Below, piece by piece: positions 1 through 12,281 of a stretch of DNA of 64,000 bases; position 1 is the first letter of the stretch, and the number at the start of each line of letters is the position of its first letter. Below the pieces are notes generated by a model that saw only the letters and a list, made by a program, of their open reading frames with translations, was not told the origin of the DNA and searched no databases. The DNA comes from Basidiobolus meristosporus CBS 931.73 (Eukaryota > Fungi > Basidiobolomycota), in NCBI GenBank assembly GCA_002104905.1, contig MCFE01000152.1, forward strand, positions 1 to 64,000, read 5' to 3'. Position numbers and translations under genes: made by a program.

Positions 1-119
1 CCGAATCTACGCTGGAGCCCTCCCAGGCGGATCAGCCCCCTAATTCCAAAGAGACCAATCTTGACTTGGACGAGCCTGAAAGCAGCTCGTTAGGAAAAAA
101 GTCTTCCCTTGGAAATTAA
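1..119 (+). CDS. Possible 3' end of an upstream gene (partial)
   Basis: Frame from position 3 is open to TAA at 117-119 and reads ESTLEPSQADQPPNSKETNLDLDEPESSSLGKKSSLGN*. The acidic/Ser-rich composition is typical of a disordered C-terminus. No homology recognised. Confidence 0.3.
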   Translation, partial: ESTLEPSQADQPPNSKETNLDLDEPESSSLGKKSSLGN

Positions 120-628
120 CGAACATACACATATGCGGGTTCTCGGGCCGTGGCCCTCCCCTTTGCTGAGGCGGCGCCAGTCTTGTTTGTTTGCCCTCGG
201 CATTGATTCATTCCGTTGAGATTGTTCTATCCAAAGCCAGATTCTCCGATCACATCACTTGATTGCCTATATTATCCATAGCATTGCCATTTTTCCTTCT
301 TGGTAACCACACAGGGGTCGCCCCTTGATAATTCTTGAAATGCAAGAAAGCTCCAGCTATCATTAGTAAAGTCATTGACACATGGAATCTCTGGATTTGG
401 GACCATCGCCATTTCGCGTGAGTTGATCCCGAGCCAACGCCCATCCACGTCAAGGCCCTGGGTGTGGGACACCTCTCACTATCAGCGCTGAAGTATCGTC
501 TTGATTTTATTTACAATGAGGACAGAACTCGAGATTCAGCCTTGCTGCATCATGTTGGAGTTGAGTGGGTCATTAAAATAGCTAATAAATATGTTAGGCA
601 GCTCAAAGACATCCAAAACGAGAAATGG

Positions 629-2611
629 CTATTGGTCGGCTATGATGGCAATACCAATGGCCATGATAATAGGCGTCGTCCATAGGGAATACTTCAACCA
701 AAACCGGGTGCTATCGAAGCGGCTACGGATCCCTTCCACCAAGCTGATCTTCATTGTTTCCTAGATCGAGACGGTTGATTAGCATTTAGCTCGACATGTT
801 GTAAAGTTAAGATTAGACCAACCCTCATGGCTAAACCAGACACGCTTCCGGTGGGCAGGAGGTTGCTCGAGATTGCTATGCACCATACTAGCAGCCACAC
901 CAACCGCTGTCCATACACCTTCACCACCATATCTTCCAGCAAAGGCAGCAAAATAAGCAGCGTAGGCACCGGAGTCAACACCATAGTGAGGAAAGCCACG
1001 AATCCCGCAAAGAAGACCACCAATGCGACCGGGCTAGAGATAGTGGCTAGCTTGCCGGAAAGGAACGTCCAGATATCCTCCACAATAGGGGTCTCCTCGA
1101 TTCCACGGATCATTACAAACAGACCGAAATAATAGGCGATGGTGGGGAAGTCCAAATCCGCAAACAGATCGTTGGGTTCCCTTCTATTGTCTACTAGGAC
1201 GATTATCAAGGCCACTATCAACGCGGTCCAACCAACGCGGTCCCCGAAAGCAAGGCTCAGGTACATGAACACGATAGCCAGCACTGTGATGATGGTTCGA
1301 TAGTGCGTCCTCCATGACTCCAGAAAGTCGGTGATGGTTTTGTCGAAAAAGATCCCATGCTTCTTTCGTACGGGCGACAGTCGTAGCGATGATCGCCCGC
1401 TTGATGTGTAAAACCCAGCTGCAGGGATCGATAACGATGGCGGGGGTGACGGTGGGCAAACTCCGGGGATGGACACTCTTATAGCCTGAGGATCCACGGG
1501 CGTACTCGGTGGAGTATTCGCATACTCGTAGCTAGAGATACTCTCCGGCGAAGTGGATAAAATGTCACAGTAGACAGGCAAAGGATGGCTTAATAAGCGT
1601 GAGTTCTCATCAACCTCGGGTGCGGTATTCGAAATGGTGATGGAGATAGGCCCTGTGGAGTGGCTGCTGTTGCCCTCATCAATATAAAGTGTGTTTCTGT
1701 TCTGCGCAGCCTTGGCATATTCCTCGGCAATTTTGTAAAATTCGGGAGAATCCACTGCGATATAGTTATGCTCTGCATGACTAGATGCCGACAGCCTTGC
1801 CTGGGAGAGTGATCTTCGATAGTAGATCCATAGAAAGATGGAATTAACTAATAAACCCAAGATGGCAGGTATGGACATCCGTAGGAAAAATGGTAAGAAA
1901 TCTAGGCCTGGACTCATTTCATGCGCCAATACATTGTTCATGCTGCCGATAACACATGCTGTTGAACCGATATTACTTGCGGTGACCTATTAATTAGTGA
2001 CAGACCGGGCCGAAGTTAGTCCATGTATTCATAACAGTGGTCGCCCATAATTAAGCTTACAGCAGCGACGGCGAAAGGCTCAATGTCTAGCCCGTAATCC
2101 TCGCACAAGGTCATTACCACCGTGCTAATATACACCGCGGAGATATCTGTCATGAAAAAGAATCCCAACACTCCAGATAAAAGCGATAGCCGTAACATCA
2201 GCGCTTTTGGAGTTGGGGAACCCCACAACAAGAGTTGTCGAAAGTAAAATATGAAACCCTAGGTAGAAAGGAAGGTTTGCGAGGAACTTGCCAATAGCTG
2301 GATCCAGTGAACCTTACCTTGTCATTAAATTTGGTTATAATAATCATAAAAGCAAATAGAAGCAATAGAGAGCTTCCGTGCAAACTACTGTAGGCCTCGC
2401 CAGGAGTGATTACGTCGAACACGACCATTATTCCTCCAGATAGTAAAGAGATGACCGAACGGTTTATGTTCAGCCCAGACCTGGTCCTCACGAAGGACAG
2501 GAGGCTAACCGCGCACACCAGTATCACCAGATACGTTTTATACGAGGAATAATCAAGGCGAGGGATTATTCTGGCCTCCACCAAACCTTCGTGTCCATAA
2601 AACGAGGACAT
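629..2611 (-). CDS. Lsi2-like ArsB/NhaD/CitMHS (ion transporter superfamily) metalloid/anion permease, about 595 aa, 4 exons
   Basis: Exons 2611-2318, 2258-2061, 1986-823, 760-629; introns of 59, 74 and 62 nt, all GT-AG and phase 0, giving an open frame. Protein has NRSVISLLSGGIMVVFDVITPGEAY, ALMLRLSLLSGVLGFFFMTD, FAVAAVTASNIGSTACVIGSMNN, DFPTIAYYFGLFVMIRGIEET, ISSNLLPTGSVSGL and C-terminal FWLKYSLWTTPIIMAIGIAII. These are colinear with the plant Lsi2 / ArsB-NhaD pattern as I recall it, with a long S/P-rich central loop. Confidence 0.88.
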
Positions 2612-3879
2612 TGAGGTAGCTGTACAAGAAAGTGCTCTTTTGGAATTTTAAAAGGAAGTATGTTAAAAGGGAGGTCAAATGGCCCCAACAGTTATAGTAA
2701 TAGGTTCACGGTTGAAAAGGAGGTGATTTTCTTTTGAGCCCATTGAATATGTAGAGCCCAGTCGAAAATTTTGACGAATGAGTCGAATACTCCATAGACC
2801 ACCGACTACGATGAAGGGTCACACAACGAGACATGGACTTACCCTATGGAACACAATACTGTTTTTATGGAAGTCAGTCAGGAATGAGCACTAATTAGGA
2901 ATCAATTTCCTAACCTAGATCAAAGCTAATTAAAAGCTGTAAAACCAAGCCCATCATATCCATCTGGCTCACAGGGATCCGTGAGTGCGGTGATTATTGG
3001 TAGCAACACGCTTGTTAATCTCGAACAAATCCCCTCATTAAAGTTGCTGATGATCAGGGTGTACGCGATTAGGGCCTCATGGCTATTTGCATTGGGAATC
3101 CTCGTTGCACTTGGTGATATACGCCATTAAGGCAGGCCCCATCAGATGCCACCTAGGACAACGCGTAACATCCTATGCTGCCAACATCGCCATCTCAACA
3201 ACTGCCTCTAAAAATACGATCCGAATAGGGCTCGTTGGCTGCTTAAGTCGAGCTGTATCTGTACGTATTGTGCAACACTGCGTATCTCTGCGACTGGCAT
3301 CATCGTGCATGAGGCCAACAAGGAAATACAGCACTCCTCTGACGGGATCTTGTTAGCCTGGTTTTCCGTGACTCAACTAGCGGCCATCTGAGACCATAAT
3401 CTTGACCATCGTCAAGAGGCCTTAATTATGTAATTATGGGGCAATGGAGTCAATCCCTAGGGATGGATCGATCGAAGCTAAGATTGCAAAGCGTCGAATG
3501 AGGTCAGTTGAGGTTGCCGGATGACAGCTTTATCCTACTTCTCTGAAGTCAATGGGTGTCATCTTGGTATACGTCATCGCGAAGTGCAAGAACTAGGCAC
3601 ATCCCTAGCTAGTGGCTTCATCGGGAGTGAAGCAAGCGATGTAAAACCTACTCTATAATCGGGACTCGATAAAGCTTGAAGTCAGAAAGAACGGGATCAA
3701 TTGGCCAGCAGTGAGCGATGCTATACAGAGCGGGGCCCCGCATAACGCTTCCTTGCTAATTGACTAGTAGGTAACGAAGATGCTGAGCTCACAAGTGATG
3801 ACGATTACATTGCACCAATCGATCTTGTCAAATTACTTTACGGGAAGCTGATAAGTTGGTGCCTCGTTAAATACCGGCT

Positions 3880-3887
3880 TATAAATA
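3880..3887 (+). promoter_or_regulatory. TATA-like box upstream of the 187-aa ORF
   Basis: TATAAATA lies 40 bp upstream of the ATG at 3927. Confidence 0.35.
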
Positions 3888-3926
3888 GTGGTAATGGTTC
3901 CCATTGCAACACCAACTACCACTATT

Positions 3927-4490
3927 ATGAGCAACTCCAACAACCCAAGTCATATTCCTGGCTCATTCCCCGAGAGCACAAAGAACCATGGCTCTGCGGC
4001 GACCGTGACTACAGGCGGTCCTGCAACGCCAAGTCAAGTTGGAATGAGTGACCGGGTGGCCAACCAAGTTCTTGATAACAATCAGCAGTCGGATATTACT
4101 GCCGCTCAAAGGCTCAGTAGCCAGGCTCCAGGTGAACCTATTGGAAGTGGGCCAGCTTCCACTGTTACAACCCATGGTCATTCCCATCATATTGGCCAAT
4201 TTTTTCACTGGGGACACCCGCACACACACACATCAGAACCAGTTCCTCAAGCACACACACCGGAGCCGGTTCCTCAGGATTTGCGATCTGTAACCCATTT
4301 AGACACCCCTCATACGTCCCACCCGGAAAGGTTTCAACAAGACATGAGAGGGCTGTATGACGACCCTGAAGATCGGTTAGGCAATGGAATAGTAGAACAG
4401 GATGTTTTAGCGGTCAACGGACGCCGGACTCCTACGTCATTGCCTCAAGATATGCGTAGCGTTTTACCACAAAATGAAACCGCTGAATAA
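3927..4490 (+). CDS. Hypothetical hydrophilic/disordered protein, 187 aa, with short internal repeats
   Basis: Single ORF from ATG 3927 (MSNSNNPSHIPGSFP). H/P/Q/T-rich, no transmembrane segment, repeats HTxEPVPQ x2 and QD(L/M)R x3, TATA-like box upstream. Confidence 0.6.
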   Translation: MSNSNNPSHIPGSFPESTKNHGSAATVTTGGPATPSQVGMSDRVANQVLDNNQQSDITAAQRLSSQAPGEPIGSGPASTVTTHGHSHHIGQFFHWGHPHTHTSEPVPQAHTPEPVPQDLRSVTHLDTPHTSHPERFQQDMRGLYDDPEDRLGNGIVEQDVLAVNGRRTPTSLPQDMRSVLPQNETAE

Positions 4491-5713
4491 GGTTTACAAA
4501 CCCCTGTCGATTAGTGCAAGAATCGAAAATCAATAAACAGCGACTAGTATGCGCAACATCTACCCGAATGGGGTCTTATCTGCTCGACGTAGTGTCAACG
4601 AAGACGCTGCTCACAACCCTTCGCCGTCTCTGTGACACTAACGATTCAATCGTAACTATTTCGTGATAGTGCTGTTCAACTTCAGCATAGACAGCATTAT
4701 GGACCCTTTTCATATTAGCTCCTAGATCATCAGCATCTCGGGATGTGCTTTCTGGAAAACTCGGTGTTGGCTGGTATTTTCGAGCCGAGGCTATATTGAT
4801 CCTATTAGAAGAGGAACTTACTCATTTGGCTATAGTGCTGATGCCGAATGGTTCAATGGGGAAAATGCCCATGGGTGATAAAATACCATATTTAGGGAGA
4901 GCATAGCATCCGACACACCTTCCAATTTCTGTCGAGTAGCATTTGCTTGGCTTGTGGTTCTACCAATACGTGTTCTCCCCTTACCACCGTCACCACCCAG
5001 AATCAAGATTATCATCTCTGCAATTCGATAGGTCCCATCTGGAGATACCAATGGCCAATCGGGGAGAGCACTTACGGATCCTCCATACATATCATAATCG
5101 GCCACAGTTGGACAAATTGGCGAAATGTCGCCGAGTGCTGATCTACCTAATTCTCGACAAATCCCGACCCGCATCTGAAGTTGGCTGATGAATTAAGCTT
5201 CAATTCGTTTGCGATCTAGACCTCATCATCTAAGTTCGGGACCATGTGGACGGTAATCAGAAAACCCATTGTACATCTAAGAGCTTAAACTAGATTCCAT
5301 AGTAATGGCCTGCTCCTACCGAATGATGTCCAAACTCGCAGCTCAATATCCCAAGATGGCCATGAGGCATTCTGTATTTTCACTTCCTGATAGATATGTA
5401 ACGACCAGCGCTCTAGAACTAGCCACTGGAGTCTTCTCACCATTGCTATAAACAAGTATGCTTCCTGGGTTCCCAATACCAGTTGGATGGAGAGCAACCC
5501 ACAGTGCACATGTCCGAAATGCTTGAAGATGACGCGCAGATAGGTATACATGAGCAATTTCAGTAGACAGCCTGGTCAATTCTGGTAAAAGAATGCTTAT
5601 TATAAGGGTTGGTGGTTGTAGTAACATGGCCTGGGTGAGTTTGGTGTTTTTACACTAAAAAATGCATCACACGCATGAAGGGTATGTATATTTGGCTCAT
5701 TTGATGATGCTAT

Positions 5714-6819
5714 TTAGATTGGGATCAGGGGGGGGCTTTGAGGCTCATTATCGAGACTGTGCTTAGGAAGCTTTTTAGGAACCTTCGTGGTCATGTAGTC
5801 GACTTCCCTCTGTAATTCGTTACAGAAATCGTCTAGGGGAAGGTCATTCCAATCGTAGCCGAAGGGGTTTTCGATCTCCGCACCAATCCCGTCGATACCG
5901 AACAGCATGAATGCCACAATCCCAATTATTGGGATGGTCATCCAACCCAAATCCTTGACCAAAGTGAATGGGAGGACACTGCAGTAGGCGTACAGGGATT
6001 GTTTCAGATGAATGTTGTACGCTAAGGGAATTGGGGTGCGCAAGATTCTCTCCAAGCTTCCGAAGCTATCTACCATGGTGGAAAGGGCATTGCTGATGGT
6101 GGTGTTCTGTGGGCCTTCAATCTTCTTGGATTTCAGTTGCTTCTGAACATACATACTAACATAGAAGGCAATCTCCAAAGGAAGGTTAATCCCCATCTCA
6201 GCATCAATCTCCACGGAGGATCTGTACTGGGTGAGGTTATTTGTGGCGTTGGGAGTCTTGTAATGAACTCGGGATGTGAACTGGAGGGGAGGTGGGAGAA
6301 GCTGTTCAAGCTCGAAGTGGGGGACATCGTTCTCCCCGCGTAGATGATGCTTGGTGGCGATGGCGAACGCCAAAAGAAGCTTAATGACATGGTCCTTTTC
6401 CGCTTCATCAATTTTATTTTCCTCAACGACGCCAGTCCAGAACTGACGGGTCAGGTTACGAATGGCGGCACGCAAAGTGGTCCAAAGGCGTCTACCCTCG
6501 TAGTACCTGTCATATGCGGTGTTGGTTCTGAATACCAGGAGGAGACCTACCACTACTGCCAATGAGGGTACTGGGAAGCAGGTGGGTTAGCACAAAGCAA
6601 ACATGGGGCTCACAAAATGGACTTCGACGTACCGATGGCGTTGGGGAGCGCAAGGTTAACGGTGTTACTTTCGTAAAGGTAAACAATAAGGGAGGCGAAC
6701 GAAGTGGTTGCGATGAAATGAGGGATGATGGCAGGAAGAACAGATCCCCTGTACCGCAGGATGTCTGGGTAACAGAAATAGCCCTTGAAGGAGCTTTTGC
6801 TATAACTTGTGGACTCCAT
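5714..6819 (-). CDS. Bestrophin-like (UPF0187/YneE, RFP-TM) anion channel, 347 aa, 2 exons
   Basis: Exons 6819-6633 and 6570-5714 with a 62-nt GTACGT..GCTAAC..CAG intron. Motifs LLLVFRTNTAYDRYYEGRRLW, LERILRTPIPLAYNIHL and acidic GAEIENPFGYDWNDLPLD. Confidence 0.93.
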
Positions 6820-7991
6820 CTCGACCAAACTATGGGTTCAACACACGCCCTTTTATCCTAAACCCTGGAAGGCAGTCAGGCAGGTAACCAGATGGAAGGT
6901 GGTATAAGCCCCAGCAGGCACGAAGCGGATTGGTGGAAAGCGTCATTCAACATCACAAATATTAGTTCTAACCGGTGTGGAACATGGGTTGATCATGTAA
7001 TTAAGGCTAGACATGAGGGCAGCCAGATATTTCATTAACAATCGGTGGGCATAAGTGGTTTTCCGGCAGAGACGCTTCCCTGTGCGCACTGGGGCCAATT
7101 GCCAAGTTGAGACAGACGCTGGAATGGTTTCGGAAATGGAAATGGCTGCCAGGGCTCGCTGGGAAGTCCGTACCCTGACGACTGAGGAGCATTGAGACAA
7201 AATATGCTTGTAATACGCTGCGATGCGAATCAAGCCGCGACTACGGTCTTACCGAATTAATTCGTTTAACCCAGCCAAATTACGTGGAACCCATTGCGAC
7301 GGTGGGTGACACGGGGTGTTGCTTTTGTGTAGGGATTTTGGATTTTGATCATTTGACCCAGTTCAGATGGCGTTTCTCCCGATTCACTCAGCAACACCCA
7401 TTGTCCTCTTGTGTCTGGACACTGGATTTCATCTAGTCGCTCTAGATTCCTCCACAATGTGAATTATCGCTTTGTTGGGCAAATGACCCCAGATGCTATG
7501 CCACTGACAGCCAAGCCAGGCCGACGTCCTCATTCCACTACCACCAAGATGCTGGACTACCTGGCCAGAGCCTGGCGCGGTCATTTCAGCAGCGAGACTC
7601 ATCGCTGTCTCAGCACGGCTCAGATGGATCTTTATGCATATCAAGCCATGGAAGCCAGACAAAGCAAGCCCCCCTGAACAATCCCAATTTTGGCTGCGAT
7701 GGGCTTTACCATCATTATCCCGTATCGACAATTGTCTCACCATAGGTCTCGATTAGGAGCGTCCTGTGTGCTTCAGTGATTTCCACCAACAGCCATTAGA
7801 ATGAACACTTCATTGCTTTTAATGTTGTTTTTAATTTACATTGATTGTTAGATGAAGTCATTAATAACTAGGCTAGGAGATATACGATTCATGTCTATGA
7901 GGTTCTGCCCGTTTACAGGTGTGTTGAGCCGCGAGAGAGGTTTGTCTCTGGCGTTTAGATGCAATATGTCGATACCCCATTTCCGCCTTTC

Positions 7992-9329
7992 TCATACTAG
8001 CCCACACTGGCGAAGATTGGCTTGAACGAGTATATCGTTTACCGCATTCATGACAAATTTGATTTGCTGGGTATCTGTAGCGCATGTAAGGTGAGAATAG
8101 ATCTGCTTCTTGCTAGATTGCTGCAACGCCATGAAGCGCTCAGTTATGTACTGACAGGCGCTTTGGTAGTTGTCCCCACCTAGGTTGAACAGTTCAGCAA
8201 TCAATCCTAAAGCCACGAGCCCCGCATGCACAAACAGTCATTACCTTTGTAATCGGGGAAGCACTTGTTCAGCGGGGAGCGCGGCAATTTAGCCTTGAAC
8301 AGATCGATCTTGTTCAGGAAGAGAATGATGGACGTCTTCACAAACCAGCGTGAGTTGCATATGGAGTCGAACAAGGTCAAGGCCTCTTGCATCCGATTCT
8401 ATTGGAAACTGTTTAGTCTCGGGGGAGGGGAGCAACAAGCCGCCGTAGTTAAATACGTACCACTGTCTCATCCTCCACCAACGTCTGGTCATATTCGCTG
8501 ATAGCGACCAGAAAGATGATCGCCGTGACGTTTTCAAAGCAGTGTATCCACTTCTTCCGCTCGGAACGCTGGCCACCCACATCCACCATACGATATGTCG
8601 TGCCAGAGACCTCGAAATTGGTTTCGGTGATCCCGGTCGTCTTCACTCTGGATCGGAGGACATCTTGATCAGTGGGAAGGTAGTCTGGCGCCGATATACG
8701 TTCGATCGCATCGAAATAACTAAAGACCAGCGGTGAGTGAGGTGTTCGTTCCCCCTGGAGGCTCGTCTGAAGTAGACACTTACTATTGGGCTGAATCATT
8801 CAGTTGGTACTGCGAGGACTTGGCAAAGCAGCACTGCACTCCGGAGTCATTCCAGAGTGATTTGATCGCCTGAAAGGTTTCAATGTTAAATTCCTGGCAA
8901 CCCGGCTGGCCAATGTGGATCGGGTGGTTGATGATGTGCTCGGAAGCAGTAGCATTACTGGGAACGGCTAGTGGGATATCCAACTTGACCATTGCGACTA
9001 GAATCACTCGCATGGATTGCACAATGTTGGAGTAGACGATGTCCTTGTAGGATTCTCGTTCAAGTGCGCTGTACCCGTTGTTATGGATAAGTTTCATTTG
9101 GCGAATGATGGTGCTCTTGCCGGATTCGCCAGCGCCTACAGTAAGTCAAGGCAGTTAGTTACGCCGGTCAAGCGAGCCATTCGGCTCCCAACAGGCGTCG
9201 AGCCCACGTACCCAGCAACAGCATCTTGATCTCGTTTTTCTGGGAGAGCTTGTCCTTCCTAATCTGGCTCTCGATCTCGTCGTTAGTGCGTCTTTCCTCA
9301 GAAATCCCACTGCTTATGCAACAACCCAT
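7992..9329 (-). CDS. Heterotrimeric G-protein alpha subunit, Gi-like/fungal group I, 356 aa, 5 exons
   Basis: Exons 9329-9212, 9135-8784, 8719-8461, 8398-8245, 8179-7992; introns of 76, 64, 62 and 65 nt. Motifs MGCCISS (lipidation), [31 protein letters not shown] and C-terminal NLRQCGLV. Confidence 0.97.
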
Positions 9330-12281
9330 GGTAAGTATGGTAGGGGCGAGTCGATGAGAAGATGTGCAAGGCTGAATCAATGGGCGTATGGTGATTGTCT
9401 CGGCAGCTACTTGGTAATCTGGCAAGATGGAGATGGAGACTATGGTTGGGCAAACGGCAGCATGCTGATCAGGCCTTTATATGCCATGCAATCGGGTGAG
9501 ACCTGGGATGTAGTTCAGGTTGAACAAAATGAACAATAGTCCAATACCAACGAACCAATAAATACGGTGTTATATCGATGATTGCCCATTCAACCGAATC
9601 TCGGTCTTGGAACGCAACATGAACTCTGGCTCCAGATTCAGGCATCGAGTGCGAAATAGGGGATGCTTTGGGGCCATCCGTGAAGATAGTAGATTCGTCG
9701 GCATGCAGGGACAGAGAAATGGAGCTACATGACCGCTGGCAATCCTCCGAACTCATCCTGCATTAAGAGTTATCCTGCTCGGCACGAAGCGGCATGGGCT
9801 TGCAAGTGTCGAACCTTGGCTGGATTGCATCCTCTGTCCTGGCCCCTACTCTCTGGCACCTCAGTCCTACGTTGCCCGAAATACAAGGAGTGGGAGCCAC
9901 TCCCGACTTACCAACCTGGCTCAATCGGTGATTGTGGCATGTCTAAAACATGTATTGCTATGAAGAGTGCGAAGTACCGCCCCTTCGACTGTGGTTAATT
10001 GGACCAATTTTGTGTCAGCCAAGTCACACAGATACGAGTCCACCCAAGACGCATGGCTCATTGGTTACTGGCCAACCCATGTTATGGAGGCCACAAGAGT
10101 ACGGAAGTGTCAGCATACTCCATACACGATCAAACTTGTTGGAAACCCATACACTGGTGGATTTATTTGGCCAAATGGGGCCAAAGACATGATGCGATAA
10201 CATGGTCAGGCCTACCGCTACACAGTTGAATGCAGCAATCCTCGATGGCCTCCTGTGGCCTGTCTGCTGTACGGGTGCTATCGCAAGCCTGAGTCGCACA
10301 ACGGATGCCCCTGCCACCAAAAGGCACAACCACTGCCACTGGCAACAGTGCAATCCACACCGTATTTACGCGGATTCCCTGTTGCTCAGGTGATCTTTTC
10401 TCGATCGGGAAGCAAGTGTTAGGGGTCTCTGGCACAACTTCGTAGGTTACCTTCCCTACTGACACCGTGGAGTATAATTGGCCAGTGCAAATCCTGCCAT
10501 CCTCGCTCACCATGGAGCCTGGGGAATCGGATCCAACACAGCCGTTTCACCAAGGATTGATGCAACTGGTGTATCATGGTGTTCAAGGGGGATTGACATC
10601 ATGGGAGGGAAGGCCTGACGTCATGGAAGGGAGATCGCCCTGGCCTTTTTTAGATTGGCTGATCAACGCAGATTTACTCTGGTAGCCGGATGGCAACCTG
10701 GATTCATCTCAGGACGTAGATGTTCCATGATTACGAGCACCGCTATGTTGCAAGCGGCTGCCAGATTGGAAACGAGGCGGATTCGAGTATGCTAGCCTTT
10801 TATGTCTTACGGAGCAATTTGTATTGAATTCCTGATTAGCCAACTTGTTCATCCCCGTCTGGGGGAAAGCGCATCTGTTGGGCCTTGGTACTCAACGATC
10901 TGGTCTGAGTTGAATTAAATTCAGCGCAGTTGGGATCTTCGCCACACCACCAACGAAGCCCCAAACCCAAGCCCAAACCCAAATCCAGTCCGATCTTGTT
11001 CGTGGTGGTGTCAGGCCAAACTGGAGTCGTGGTGATTCATCAAATTAAGCGCCGGCGCAGACAGCAAGTCTCCTGCAGTCGCTCGACCAGCGTTCGCTTC
11101 CACAGGCACCATTTTTGCGGATGATGGCAAGCCAGCTTCCGTAATCCGAACGAGTTGGGGAGGCACGCGCTATCCGCAAGGCCCGCTCGAGAGGTTGTGG
11201 TAGGAGAGTGCGGGTAGAACACAACCTTCAGCATATTCAGGTGAACTGGTGTGGCAATGCACCAGGATTCCGTGGGTCATTTTCCATGCCTGGCTTGATT
11301 ACAGGTTTGCGGCAACAAAGCAGGCATAGGCGACCAGTTAGAGGTATGCTCGAGCCTCTGCATGCAAGCCCGTACATGACTAGCTATGCTGTGAGCAATC
11401 AGCAGGATGTAAGTGTGCTGTATGTTGTCGTTGGGGTTGAAATTTATGCACAGAGAATTAGTGTGCAGCCCAGAATTCAGATGGCAACCCCTTGGCCGCG
11501 AGTGGTCGAAATGGAGGTTGTCGAGGTGGTAGCGTGGAACGGGTGGTTGCCAAGCGGCCTTGACGTTCAGCATGGATTTGGCCCAGCGCTGATGTAGCAA
11601 CAAACAGTGAACCCCACTGTTTCGGAGGATTGTTTCGTGCTGAGCGGGAGGAGACATGAGCCATCATGCACGGTTTACATACAGCCGTGGGCCAAACAAG
11701 ATTGGTGCACTCTAAACAGGCTTTATTTATACACACCATTCGTTCACATCTGGTTGCATATCCTCAACCTCTAGGCGCCGGGCGCAAAGCTTGACAAAGT
11801 GATCACGAAGTAGAATAAAGTGAGTGATTGTAAGAATAAGAGCAAGGGGCGCTGGATTATTTTCAAACATGACATTCCGTGGATACGGTGCCCAGATCCC
11901 ATGATTAGGTTTGCCCAAGCAAAACCATTGGCTCCGGTGCGTTCCAAATTCATCAGGAAGGTTAAGTTGATCCTCTTCATCATCCCCCCGCCTTTCAAAA
12001 CACCAGCACATGCATGTCTAAGGCAATCAGAATAGGGGGCTTTCCAACCGATATATTGATAAATCTCTTACCAAATAAACATATGCCTCCCATCACCACG
12101 CCCTCCTGCTACTGGGTATATATGCTCAGCCTGTGTGCTGGTCGGTAGCCATTTTCCTCTAGTCTTTTCGTTGAGGATTTGCCACCTCGTAGCCGAGTCG
12201 CTGATTCCAACTCTTCATTCACCATTGGATTGATCCTGCCCCACCCCGCTAATCGCCGACTTCGTCTCAGTTTGAAAGGAG

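Noticed and set aside
751-2611. ORF-track proteins 751-1941, 2016-2231 and 2198-2611 as separate genes
   Set aside because: They are exons of one spliced Lsi2-like gene read into introns.
5714-6819. Horizontal transfer of the YneE-like channel from bacteria
   Set aside because: The gene has a normal intron and host-like composition, and the family is widespread in fungi. There is no evidence without a phylogeny.
9400-12200. Possible hidden gene between the G-alpha and the arrestin, including a CCCAA(A/G) repeat at 10959-10983 reading PKPKPKPK or GLGLGLG
   Set aside because: No consistent start, splice and stop model and no recognisable domain could be built. A small spliced gene cannot be excluded without RNA data.
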